64,000 nucleotides of DNA from a virus: the IMG/VR virus record IMGVR_UViG_3300021963_004264, positions 1 to 64,000 of that record. The stretch is one strand, 5' to 3'. Position 1 is the first letter of the stretch. Each line of letters starts with the position of its first letter. Below the pieces are notes generated by a model that was not told the DNA's origin, made no database searches, and worked only from the letters and a program-made list of their open reading frames with translations. Shown here piece by piece: positions 36,377 through 46,317 of the stretch. Both the position numbers and the translations under genes were made by a program.

Positions 36377-37664
36377 ACATTAAATTCCACAGCTCAGGAA
36401 TGGCATTGCTCATACTTTCATTACGCTGTCGATCAAGCAGGCTGGTATACTTCTTAAAAATAGCTAACTGTTTTTCCCAATCATCGTGACGATTTTCTTT
36501 AAGTGCTTTAATAAGAGCATTGATAGCTTGTAGATTATTTTCTCGTTTAACTAAAATTTTACTTGTAGGAATCCATGCTTCTAATCGTTCTACTGCTACT
36601 GCACGGACACTATCAGGTAAATTTCTAAAATCTAAACTGCGAGGATAGTCACAAATTAAAAATGTTAAATGTATTTCTCTGTTATACTCTTGCTCTAATG
36701 TTTCACAATAGTCTAGTAATTTGGTTATGTCTAAGATGTTATATATTTGAATAACAGGACTAAACAGTAGGCTACCTACTACTTTACTAGCACAGTAGCG
36801 ACGAACGTTTTCGTCTGTTTGTGTCCAGTGGCTAGCACCACGAATATATTCGTTTAATTCTCCATATGCATCTACACTAAAGCACATCAACACTTTCTTA
36901 AATTGCTCTACAAGATTAATAAAGCGAGGCTTAATATTAGTCATATTGCTATTAAAAACTAATTCAATATTTTTAGCAATACCTAGTTCAACGCATTTTT
37001 CTAAGATCCAGTATGTACGTTCAATTAGCGTAGGTTCGCCTCCAGTGAAATATAACTTATTAACACCCGGTAGCCATTCTTCGACCTGACGCAAAAATTC
37101 AGGATCATCTTGCCAAGGAGTAATGTGATCAGCAAATTGACCCCAAGTAAAATGATCTTTAATAAACTGTCCCGACATAGGATCAATTTCTTCGATACGT
37201 TTGTATTCTTTTTGTATCTGACTACTGTTTTGTGGTTGACACATACGGCACTTTAGGTTACATAAGTTACCTAAACGGAAGTCCAAATACATTGGTGCTT
37301 CCTCTACTACATAGTCGTTGTCAATACTGCGCTCAATGCGTTGCATAATGCTTTCGCCGTGTCCACTGTATTCAAACCAGTCTCGAATATAGTTAGTGCG
37401 ATAGCTAGGGAAGCCCATCTTTTCTAAATCGTAGCAATGTTCGCAACCCTTAACTGTTTCGCCTTCAATCATTTGTTTGCGTATCTTACGCATGTGATTA
37501 TTGTTCCACACACTTTCAATACGATCACCTTTGTTAAGGTCGAACATAGTACCGTCGTCGTTTTTAAAGTTGTCGCGAGCAACACAGCACCAGCTTACTG
37601 TTCCAGTAGGCTGAGTCATTACATGTATCCATGGATAAGGACAAAATGTTTTACTATATTCCAT
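36366..37664 (-). CDS. radical SAM protein with N-terminal twitch/SPASM-like domain
   Basis: FCPYPW.H..WCC..CEHC; CNLKCRMC; GGEP; YIR. Confidence 0.9.
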   Translation of the reverse strand: MEYSKTFCPYPWIHVMTQPTGTVSWCCVARDNFKNDDGTMFDLNKGDRIESVWNNNHMRKIRKQMIEGETVKGCEHCYDLEKMGFPSYRTNYIRDWFEYSGHGESIMQRIERSIDNDYVVEEAPMYLDFRLGNLCNLKCRMCQPQNSSQIQKEYKRIEEIDPMSGQFIKDHFTWGQFADHITPWQDDPEFLRQVEEWLPGVNKLYFTGGEPTLIERTYWILEKCVELGIAKNIELVFNSNMTNIKPRFINLVEQFKKVLMCFSVDAYGELNEYIRGASHWTQTDENVRRYCASKVVGSLLFSPVIQIYNILDITKLLDYCETLEQEYNREIHLTFLICDYPRSLDFRNLPDSVRAVAVERLEAWIPTSKILVKRENNLQAINALIKALKENRHDDWEKQLAIFKKYTSLLDRQRNESMSNAIPELWNLMYDK

Positions 37665-38860
37665 TAAAATTCCTCTGGTGCATTACCATGCTCTTTTAGG
37701 ATTTTATAAAATTCAGGGAAAGTGTCCTTAAACTTTTCGTCCCTGTATTGATCACTAAACATTGTATGCTTATAGAAAATGTGCATTTTTGATGTATCAT
37801 AATCTACATCAGTGCAATATTTAACTGAGCTAACAATATCTGGATGTGTATTGTTAGCAAATTTTTCAAATACTTTCATCTTAACACGCTTAGGCAATAC
37901 TTTACAACTTAAATGTTCTGGTGTATACACATGATTAAAGTATATAGGTGTATCAGGAAACTCTTTATCTCGCCAAGCAATAATTTCATCTAGATAGAAT
38001 ATGTTGAATATACTAACAGTATAACATATGTCAGGAAATAGTACAGGAATTTTTTGATCTAACAACTTTCTTAAGTTATCTCTAACCTGATCCCACTTAG
38101 TAGGATTTCTTATGTATTCAAAATGAGAACCAATGCCGTCAATACTAAAACTTACCATAACACGTTTAAAGTGTGGCCACAATTCAACACCTCGTTCAGG
38201 ATAAATGCTGCCGTTCGTATTATAGTTTAGTGTAATGTCTTTACTGCGGCCAGTATCAACTAAGTTTTGTAAAATGTCATAGTGGTCGGTAATTAGTAAT
38301 GGCTCGCCACCATAAAATTCTAGTACTTCTAAGTCAGTACTAATCTCTTTAAAATCCTCCCAGAAAGCAGGATTGCGCTCTGGCCAACGGCCTGCTACTC
38401 GCATCTGATCCCAAAAACGATTGCCTTCGCCGTCGCGTTTCTTTTCTTCAGGTACCCACAAGCTACTAGCAAAGCTGTTGCAAATTCTACATCTATTGTT
38501 ACATATATTTCCTAGCTTTAGATCCATAGCAATAGGCTTTTGTAACTCTTTAGCTTCCTGTGCATTTTTTAATGCATCTGGAAAGTCTTTTAGCGCACGT
38601 TGACGCTTACTATGCACGCCAGCGTCTTCAGCAGTCCAACAACTATAACAAGAGGCTGGCTTTTCACCATTTAAGAAATCCTGCCTTAACTTATCAAGCC
38701 ACTCACTGTTCCATCCGTCGCTTAGTGTATTCTCTGCAAGATTTAGTTTCTTACCATCAGGGCCTTTAATCAATTCGTCCATTTGACAGCAAACACTCAT
38801 GTGTCCATCAGTACGTGCTTCAATGTTTACGAAAGGCATTGGACAAAAATGTTTGCTCAT
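37664..38860 (-). CDS. radical SAM protein with N-terminal twitch/SPASM-like domain
   Basis: FCPMPF..VCC..CYSC; CNNRCRIC; GGEP; NTNG. Confidence 0.9.
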   Translation of the reverse strand: MSKHFCPMPFVNIEARTDGHMSVCCQMDELIKGPDGKKLNLAENTLSDGWNSEWLDKLRQDFLNGEKPASCYSCWTAEDAGVHSKRQRALKDFPDALKNAQEAKELQKPIAMDLKLGNICNNRCRICNSFASSLWVPEEKKRDGEGNRFWDQMRVAGRWPERNPAFWEDFKEISTDLEVLEFYGGEPLLITDHYDILQNLVDTGRSKDITLNYNTNGSIYPERGVELWPHFKRVMVSFSIDGIGSHFEYIRNPTKWDQVRDNLRKLLDQKIPVLFPDICYTVSIFNIFYLDEIIAWRDKEFPDTPIYFNHVYTPEHLSCKVLPKRVKMKVFEKFANNTHPDIVSSVKYCTDVDYDTSKMHIFYKHTMFSDQYRDEKFKDTFPEFYKILKEHGNAPEEF

Positions 38861-40071
38861 ATGTTCTTTAACTCCGGGAATGTTTCTGCAAAGTTATCGC
38901 CTCTTAGGTCGTCAAATTCTGCATTAAATTTTTTAAATTCTTCTAATAAATGGGTATGGTCATCATCTAAAAATTTCATAGCACTGCGGTAGCCTTCTGT
39001 AGCTCTACCAATGTGATCCTGCGGTTCTAACCAACGCAAATGTTTATTCCATTTATATTTTATTTCTTCTTTTAAACTTTGTGGCAATACACTCATACGA
39101 AAACGTGGATTATTTAACAGTACATTAACATACCAATCACCTGCTTTGATGTAACCTTTTTCTACCCAACTACGATGAAAGTCTGTAATATGCCATGCAT
39201 TGTATGCGCTAACTGTAGAACTAACATAAAAATCTATTTCAGGTGCTCTTGTTCTAAGTTCTTCTATGTTAGCAATAACATCATTCCATATTGTGCCTTT
39301 ACGTTGATACTCTCCTCGAGCACCTTCTGCATCTAAACTAGCACCAACACTAATATGCTTAAAGTTTTTCCACAAGTCAATGACATTATGTTGCTTATAT
39401 TTAAGTTTTGTAAAGTTTGTATTGTAGAATATTCGGATATCTGTCTTGCCTAACTCAACAAGACGATTCATAATGTGCCAGTGTTCGTCCATAATAATAG
39501 GTTCGCCACCAGCCCAATATATTTGTTCGATATGTGGTAGCATAGTTTCGAACTCTTCCATAAAGCCTTCGACGTCTTTACGGATTTGAATTACGCTTTC
39601 TGTGGGTGTTTGGTTAAAACTGCTCTTTACAGCATCTTGAAACCAGTTACTGCTTAGTTCTGGGCCGCAGTAGCGACAGCGTAGGTTACATACGTTACTG
39701 AAGCGGAAGTCTAAGTATACAATATGCAGGTCATCTAAGCTGCCATCAGGATTAGTTTTTGCAACTTTATCCCAATGCGGCTCTAACCAGTCTTTGTTAC
39801 TGCGAACACGTAAGCTGTCGTGACCATACTTTTCCTTTTCGTAACAGCGAACACACTCTTTGCAACTTTTGCCCTGTAGCATGTTAAGGCGAACCTGACG
39901 CATAGCAGGACTGTTCCATACTTCGCGTAAGCTGTTCTCTCGCAAATCGCCTATGTTTGTTTCCCAAGGGCTGTCACAGCACAGCATAGTTTTGCCATTG
40001 GGCCATGGGTGCATGTGAATCCATGGCAATATACACATGGTCTTACTATTCTTATGATCATCTATGTTCAT
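38857..40071 (-). CDS. radical SAM protein with N-terminal twitch/SPASM-like domain
   Basis: CILPW.H..LCC..CVRC; CNLRCRYC; GGEP. Confidence 0.9.
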   Translation of the reverse strand: MNIDDHKNSKTMCILPWIHMHPWPNGKTMLCCDSPWETNIGDLRENSLREVWNSPAMRQVRLNMLQGKSCKECVRCYEKEKYGHDSLRVRSNKDWLEPHWDKVAKTNPDGSLDDLHIVYLDFRFSNVCNLRCRYCGPELSSNWFQDAVKSSFNQTPTESVIQIRKDVEGFMEEFETMLPHIEQIYWAGGEPIIMDEHWHIMNRLVELGKTDIRIFYNTNFTKLKYKQHNVIDLWKNFKHISVGASLDAEGARGEYQRKGTIWNDVIANIEELRTRAPEIDFYVSSTVSAYNAWHITDFHRSWVEKGYIKAGDWYVNVLLNNPRFRMSVLPQSLKEEIKYKWNKHLRWLEPQDHIGRATEGYRSAMKFLDDDHTHLLEEFKKFNAEFDDLRGDNFAETFPELKNI

Positions 40072-40072
40072 T

Positions 40073-41275
40073 TTAAAAATTACTATCTACCCAAGCTTCT
40101 ATATCATTTGATTGTGCTAGTGTTTTTACTCTATAAAAATTATTTGCTAATCTCACAGACATATTTCTTTGTTTTAATATCTCACACCAACCGTTTATTG
40201 TATACATATTTACTAAACGTTTTAATTCATCAAACACTAAATCACATCGTTTATAAATGTTATCTTCTTTATCATAATTATGATTCACTATATCGTCAAA
40301 CATATCAAAACCTAGCTCTCGTAGCACTTGTACCATTCCTGGTGCAGCGATGAATAAAGGAATTTGATTCATTAAAAATGCTTTAGCAGTTTTTTCTGTA
40401 AAAAATACTCTATCAGACGAAACTGTTTGCCAATTATATGGCACAGGACTATAATATTTAACATGACTTCTAACATCACTACCAACAGACGACTCTTGAA
40501 CAACATTAAAAATTGCTGATTCAAATTCTTTGAAAAAATGATGTTGATCATTGTCTGCGTGATTAACAGATACAGGAAATTTAGCAAGCTCGTCGTCACT
40601 AAGCATTAATTTTAAATAATTTATGCTGTTCGGATCTTTCCAAACATTTAATGTGTCATTGCCCCAACCACAAGTTACTATACCCTTATTTAATAAGTCG
40701 GCCTCATTTAAAATTTTGTTAGTAAAATAGATACGTTCTTGTCTAACTAATCTACCTAAGCTAACAAAATGTTTATTTTTACAACCTATGTCGCCAGCAG
40801 TTGGAATTTTATCTACCACTAAAGGTCTAAAAAGAGATTTAAAAAATGTTGGTGCAGTAAAGTGTGTTATTTTTAATTTTTCTAGGTGTCTAAGGACAGG
40901 GCCTTTAGTGAGGGCGCCATCAATCCATAAAATATTTTTATAACCATCGCTCTGCAACATATCAAACACAATGTTCCAATATGTTGAGTTTAATGCTTCG
41001 GTTGTATAACCAACAATAATATTTTCTTTCTTAGGAAGGCAAGAAAGCGCATATTTTGTATAAAGACTAATATCAAATTCGGAGATACTTTGATAATCTA
41101 TGATGTTAAATGAATTACTTTTATTTGTTAGGCTATCATATAGTGCATCGTACTGGTCGTTAAGGTGTACAATATCTGCATGACAGATAGTTTTTGTCTT
41201 AGTAATTTCTAGATTTTTATTAGGATCTAGATAACTAGGATGATAAAACTTTTCAATATGTGTGGTTGTATCCAT
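40073..41275 (-). CDS. hypothetical glycosyltransferase-like protein (TEKT family)
   Basis: FNVVQES, FFTEKTAKAF, LRELGFDMFDD..YD; AT-rich. Confidence 0.55.
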   Translation of the reverse strand: MDTTTHIEKFYHPSYLDPNKNLEITKTKTICHADIVHLNDQYDALYDSLTNKSNSFNIIDYQSISEFDISLYTKYALSCLPKKENIIVGYTTEALNSTYWNIVFDMLQSDGYKNILWIDGALTKGPVLRHLEKLKITHFTAPTFFKSLFRPLVVDKIPTAGDIGCKNKHFVSLGRLVRQERIYFTNKILNEADLLNKGIVTCGWGNDTLNVWKDPNSINYLKLMLSDDELAKFPVSVNHADNDQHHFFKEFESAIFNVVQESSVGSDVRSHVKYYSPVPYNWQTVSSDRVFFTEKTAKAFLMNQIPLFIAAPGMVQVLRELGFDMFDDIVNHNYDKEDNIYKRCDLVFDELKRLVNMYTINGWCEILKQRNMSVRLANNFYRVKTLAQSNDIEAWVDSNF

Positions 41276-42497
41276 ACTTCTCTATCATTTCTATTAGTTC
41301 AGGGAACACAGCACGCCAAGTTAAACTAGCTGGGTGTTGACGTTGCTTATCTAGTTGATCATTGTAGCGACAAAACTGTTCCCATTTATTTGAATCCCAG
41401 TCATCGTTTTCAAATAAACCTGTAATATTTGAAAAATGTACGCCATTACCGTACTTACCAACTCTATATTTGTGAATAATTTCTTTTCTTACCTCCGGAG
41501 GTAGAACCGCAGGACTTAAAAAGTCAGGATCATATACAAAATTCATATCTACTGGTACAGGAGCCCAATCTAAAAATTCTTCCAAGTAAGCAAAATTATA
41601 AGCACTAACAGTTTGTGTGATGCGTATAGTTAAATCTGTTTCCATAAGTCTATTAAGATTATCTCTAACATCAGCCCAGTATGTTGGAAAACGTATATAA
41701 TGATTACGTACATGCAAATCGTCGATGCTCGGGCATACACGAGTCTCTTTGAATTCTTTCCATAAAGGAATAGCCTGTTCGGGTAAGTTAGTCATATTAA
41801 TGTTATACCACAATGTAATATTTTTACTACGGCCACCGTCTACTAACTTACGTAGATACTTCCAATGTGCTTTAATAAGTGTTGGTTCGCCTCCATTGAT
41901 ATACAATACTTCCATGTTAGGCGCACTATTGTACAAATCTTCATAGAAGCTTTCATCCTCAGGCCATTTAAAATCGTTTTTATGATCTAGCCAACTATAT
42001 CCGTCGTTTACAAACTCTAATTTTTCCACCAATTCTTGATAATCTCGGCGCCACTGACTGCTACTTGCTGGATTGCAAGTACGACAGCGAACATTGCATA
42101 CATTACCAAGACGGAGCTCGACAAAACGAAGGTCAAGAGGAATGCCACCGTTAGTGTCAGTAATGCTGCTAGCCCAAGTAAGGTCTCGATGAGGATACTG
42201 GCCCATTTCATGTTTTCTTTTGCTAACAATTTTTTTATCTTCTTCATCATAACACCTCATACATGCAACAGGTTTTTCACCATTTAACATTTGTTGCCTT
42301 ATTTGCTTAAAGTAATCACTGTTCATGTGGGTGTTAATATCGTGATTATTTAATGTAAAGAATTGATCTCCATCTGGGCCAAAATTTCTAGCACGATTTT
42401 TACCTGCTGTGTGATCGCTGATACAGCAAGGTGTAACACCACCATGCGGGTGTGTACCTAAATGAATCCACGGTAGTGGACAGAATGTATTACTCAT
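41253..42497 (-). CDS. radical SAM protein with N-terminal twitch/SPASM-like domain
   Basis: FCPLPW.H..PCC..CMRC; CNVRCRTC; GGEP. Confidence 0.9.
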   Translation of the reverse strand: MSNTFCPLPWIHLGTHPHGGVTPCCISDHTAGKNRARNFGPDGDQFFTLNNHDINTHMNSDYFKQIRQQMLNGEKPVACMRCYDEEDKKIVSKRKHEMGQYPHRDLTWASSITDTNGGIPLDLRFVELRLGNVCNVRCRTCNPASSSQWRRDYQELVEKLEFVNDGYSWLDHKNDFKWPEDESFYEDLYNSAPNMEVLYINGGEPTLIKAHWKYLRKLVDGGRSKNITLWYNINMTNLPEQAIPLWKEFKETRVCPSIDDLHVRNHYIRFPTYWADVRDNLNRLMETDLTIRITQTVSAYNFAYLEEFLDWAPVPVDMNFVYDPDFLSPAVLPPEVRKEIIHKYRVGKYGNGVHFSNITGLFENDDWDSNKWEQFCRYNDQLDKQRQHPASLTWRAVFPELIEMIEKYGYNHTY

Positions 42498-43831
42498 ATA
42501 AATGCGCCTTTCGCTACAGCGCCGTAACGTGGATCTTCTACAGCTTTAGCGTAGTGAAAATCATAATCAAAATATGGTTTGATTATTTCATACAGTTCAG
42601 GAAATACTTTTCTAAAATCTTCGCCTCTATATCTATCACCTGCAACCAGTTGTTGCATAAACATTCTACGTCTAACAGCCATTTCTGTTTCAACAGTAAT
42701 ATTAGGATCAGGAACATCGCTCCAATCACGCATGGGTATTACTACTTGCTCCAGTGGTGTTAGTACATGATTAATAATACCTTTGATTTGCCCTTCAACG
42801 GAAGCATTAGGAAAAGTCATGTTTTGTAAAGGCGCAACTACTTTGGTTTTTACAAATTCCTCAAACACATTACTATTAAACCAGCTGGGGAAATGAACCA
42901 TATTAAAGAAAATTTCAAAATTAGGCCAACGTTCAGCAAATACTTCTACATATTCTTTTAAGTACATCACATTCATTGCTGATACCGTACATGTAATACT
43001 TACATAAATTTCTTTGTTAGTATGTAATGTATGGAAATGGTCTAAATTTTTACTTACTACATCCCAATCAGCACCATGTCTTAAATATTCAAATCTTTCT
43101 TTACTGGCAGCATCAACACTAATACCGAAACCAACATCCTTAAAGTTCTTAATAAGTTTACCTACCAAGTCAGTGTGTAATTGTGTTCCGTTAGTGCTAA
43201 AGTTAAGAGCAATATCTTTTGCAAGATCACGTTCAATAAGTTTTTCAGCAAATGATTTAAACTCTTTCATATACAGCGGCTCGCCGCCCATAATTTCTAG
43301 ATACTTAATATCCTTGATCCAGTCATCCATCTCAGTCCAAAACTTTGCATTTTCCATGTCGTCCATTTGAATAGCAACTGTTTCTTTTAGATAGGGCAGA
43401 CCTCTATCTTCAGACTCTTTAACCCACTTACTGCTATAGTTAGGATTACACGTTCTGCATTTAATATTACAAGTTGTTCCTAAAATAAGTTGGAAGTCTT
43501 GCGGCATTTCTGGTTCTTGAGAATAGTCTATTTCTTCGTAGCGCCATTTAGCATACTCGTTATAAATTTCACGTTTAGACTGTTTACCATTAGCTTCGTC
43601 TTGCCAACAATGCTTACAGTTTTTTGGTAAACCACCTTCTCTAATTTCTTGGCGGACATTTTTATAAAATTCACTGTGGAAGATGTCACGAACACTAGTT
43701 TCACCAAGTGTATAAAATTCTCCATTAGGCTTTGTTACACGTTGTTGTGCAATACAACATGTTCTAACAAATCCACCTGGTTCGTTACTCATGTGCTTCC
43801 AAAGCAAACTGCAATATCTAGGTTCAGACAT
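42494..43831 (-). CDS. radical SAM protein with N-terminal twitch/SPASM-like domain
   Basis: YCSLLW.H..TCC..CKHC; CNIKCRTC; GGEP; STNG. Confidence 0.9.
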   Translation of the reverse strand: MSEPRYCSLLWKHMSNEPGGFVRTCCIAQQRVTKPNGEFYTLGETSVRDIFHSEFYKNVRQEIREGGLPKNCKHCWQDEANGKQSKREIYNEYAKWRYEEIDYSQEPEMPQDFQLILGTTCNIKCRTCNPNYSSKWVKESEDRGLPYLKETVAIQMDDMENAKFWTEMDDWIKDIKYLEIMGGEPLYMKEFKSFAEKLIERDLAKDIALNFSTNGTQLHTDLVGKLIKNFKDVGFGISVDAASKERFEYLRHGADWDVVSKNLDHFHTLHTNKEIYVSITCTVSAMNVMYLKEYVEVFAERWPNFEIFFNMVHFPSWFNSNVFEEFVKTKVVAPLQNMTFPNASVEGQIKGIINHVLTPLEQVVIPMRDWSDVPDPNITVETEMAVRRRMFMQQLVAGDRYRGEDFRKVFPELYEIIKPYFDYDFHYAKAVEDPRYGAVAKGAFI

Positions 43832-44963
43832 TTACTACTTCCTCTTTTTCGTTATAAATCTTATATGCTAGGTTATAGTTATGATCTAAAACTTCTTGAA
43901 CTTCTTCACTATAAACTTTTTCTTTTAAACTGTTAAAAGGCATATCTAAGTATGTTGTTACTTGATTTAAAATATGATCTATTCTTTCAAAACTGTCGTC
44001 TATATCATCATAGCTTTCATCAAATAAAATACCATCAAATGTTTTGAAGCCCCATGACCGTAAAACTTTTAATCCGTTTGGCATGCCAAACCTAATAAAA
44101 GGTCTTTTATATATTATTGATCTAAAAAGTTTTTCGGATAACACATCTTCTTTCCACCAATCATTCTTATTTTTAAATTCTTTATAATCTTCAAAACTAT
44201 AAAAATCCTCTGCTTCATGATAGTCAATATTAAAATTAAATAAACACGAAGAAAAAGAATTTTTAAATTCGTCAGTTTCGCCAAGCCATATATTTGAAGT
44301 CCTAACAATGTTCTCAACATTTTTTGTTAACGAATTAAAGTAATTTTTTTGTTCGTTAGTTAAATTCCAATCGTCGGGTACATCAAAATTTTCGTAAAAA
44401 AACGATGTTATCATCTTTTCTATTCTTGGTGTATTAACAATATTTTTTAAATACCATTGTAACACAAAATTTCTATGTAGTGTAGGTCTACCTACAAACA
44501 TACTTACATGCTTAGTTTCTTCTTTTTCTAAATAGCTACAACCATTTAAAAATAATCGCTCTAACCAAAGACTCTTAGGTTGATTGTATACTTTTATTTT
44601 TTTATCTATTAGATTTTTGTTACACCATTTATTGTAGCTGTCAGTACTATAAATGTTTGATGTTAAAAAAACAATATTTTCTTCGGGAATTTGAAAATGT
44701 TTAGATAGGTCATGTAATATATCAAACCATAATTTACTTTTATCGCGAGAACCAAACAACATAGGCTCTTCTACACAATCTATTATGAGTTGTTTATCTT
44801 TATTTTCTAATGCGGCTTTTTCAAAAACTTGTTTAATTTTAAAAAGTTTATTGTCGTTAGATGATAAAGGGAACCCGCCATGAATAGTTATATAGTAAGA
44901 AGTTAGAGGAGAATGAACTCCCCTAACTTCCATTTTACCTGTTATTGTTTTTTGCAATAACAT
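43824..44963 (-). CDS. hypothetical glycosyltransferase-like protein (SEK family)
   Basis: LSEKLFRSI..RPFI, LRSWGFKTF..FDESYD, HNY; very AT-rich. Confidence 0.55.
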   Translation of the reverse strand: MLLQKTITGKMEVRGVHSPLTSYYITIHGGFPLSSNDNKLFKIKQVFEKAALENKDKQLIIDCVEEPMLFGSRDKSKLWFDILHDLSKHFQIPEENIVFLTSNIYSTDSYNKWCNKNLIDKKIKVYNQPKSLWLERLFLNGCSYLEKEETKHVSMFVGRPTLHRNFVLQWYLKNIVNTPRIEKMITSFFYENFDVPDDWNLTNEQKNYFNSLTKNVENIVRTSNIWLGETDEFKNSFSSCLFNFNIDYHEAEDFYSFEDYKEFKNKNDWWKEDVLSEKLFRSIIYKRPFIRFGMPNGLKVLRSWGFKTFDGILFDESYDDIDDSFERIDHILNQVTTYLDMPFNSLKEKVYSEEVQEVLDHNYNLAYKIYNEKEEVVNV

Positions 44964-46246
44964 TACCTAGTATTGCCGTAATGAACTACTTCTACACCAG
45001 TTAAATCAGGTGTTTTACGCCACGGATCAACTACAACACTTCCTTCGGCAAAGCTAAGGGTAGTACCATTAGCTGTTGCTACTGTTAATGCTTCATCTGC
45101 ACCTGTAACTCTGTGATCATTATACCAACCTTTTACAAAGTCTAGCTGTTCACCGTAAGTAATCTGCGGATTGTGTGCTAGCAAGTAAACAGCTGGGCTA
45201 GATAGAACATCAGCTGGCGGTACTTCTCCCATTACTTCGTCTAAGTAATAAAGTTTAGCACCAAGTTGTTCTACATAATGCCCAACCAACATACTGCTAC
45301 TACCGGCATCATATGGCACTAATGGCTTATATGCTTTACCTACAATAACTACAGGCTTGCCGGATGCAAGTTCAACTAACTTTTTAGCCATGTTTTCTGC
45401 TTGTACTTCACGTGAACGCATTACAGCATCAAATAAGTCATAGCCTAAGTCTAGGCGCTCTGCTAGAAAGCGTAGAGCAATATTATCGCGTGGGTGACAT
45501 GCACCGCCATCGCCCATGCCAGGCTTCATGTAACCTGGTCCCATAATGCGTCTGTCGCTTGTTGCTAGTGCATCGCAAACTACTTCAGCATTAACATGAC
45601 CTAGCTTTTCAGCTACGTCCTGAATCATGTTTACTAGGCTTACTTTAGCACTAATGAATGTATTATAGAATACTTTGATACATTCTGTTTCTTCCCAAGT
45701 ACCTACAATGTAACGTGGGCTGTTCTGCATAATGGTCTTGTAGAAGTCTACAAGTTCTTTTGCATCACCAGTTTCGCTGCCATCCTCTGTACCAATCATA
45801 ACCATTTCTGGGTTAACCATGTCCCACTTAACAGTACCCATAGCAATTAAGTATGGATTATAAATGAAACGTGCATTAGTTATTAATGGTTGTAACTGAC
45901 TACGAACTGTACCTGGTAGTACAGTTGAGATTAGAACAATTAACTGAGACGGTGTTGCAACCGCATTTACTTCACGCAGAACGTTCTTGACTACAGTGTA
46001 ATCAAAGTCTTTGTTAGGTAAATGACTGGTTGGTGCTTTGCCATCATATTTTGGATCGTGCGGTGTTTCAACTGCGATAAACACAATATCTTGACCGCGT
46101 ACTGCATCAGCGAGTGTAGGAACCATTTTAAAGTTCTCTGGCTCGCGTGGTGAAATATCATATCCAACAACATCATGGACTTCAGCGACCATCTCGGCGC
46201 AGGCTTGTCCTAGCTTGCCAACTCCGATAAATCCGATTGAGGCCAT
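44963..46246 (-). CDS. UDP-glucose/GDP-mannose dehydrogenase family protein
   Basis: IGVGKLG, IAVETP, STVLPGT, YNP, K.FYN, GGACHPRD, AYKP, DPW. Confidence 0.92.
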   Translation of the reverse strand: MASIGFIGVGKLGQACAEMVAEVHDVVGYDISPREPENFKMVPTLADAVRGQDIVFIAVETPHDPKYDGKAPTSHLPNKDFDYTVVKNVLREVNAVATPSQLIVLISTVLPGTVRSQLQPLITNARFIYNPYLIAMGTVKWDMVNPEMVMIGTEDGSETGDAKELVDFYKTIMQNSPRYIVGTWEETECIKVFYNTFISAKVSLVNMIQDVAEKLGHVNAEVVCDALATSDRRIMGPGYMKPGMGDGGACHPRDNIALRFLAERLDLGYDLFDAVMRSREVQAENMAKKLVELASGKPVVIVGKAYKPLVPYDAGSSSMLVGHYVEQLGAKLYYLDEVMGEVPPADVLSSPAVYLLAHNPQITYGEQLDFVKGWYNDHRVTGADEALTVATANGTTLSFAEGSVVVDPWRKTPDLTGVEVVHYGNTR

Positions 46247-46290
46247 TTTCTTCTCCTAAGTTGTTAAGTACAGTTTTAACTGTACCTACA

Positions 46291-46299
46291 TATTTATCA
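46291..46299 (-). promoter_or_regulatory. T4-type late promoter TGATAAATA, followed by a 5' stem-loop GTACAGTT-AA-AACTGTAC
   Basis: Motif in the intergenic gap upstream of the dehydrogenase. Confidence 0.65.
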
Positions 46300-46317
46300 G
46301 GTAATTTTACTTGATTA

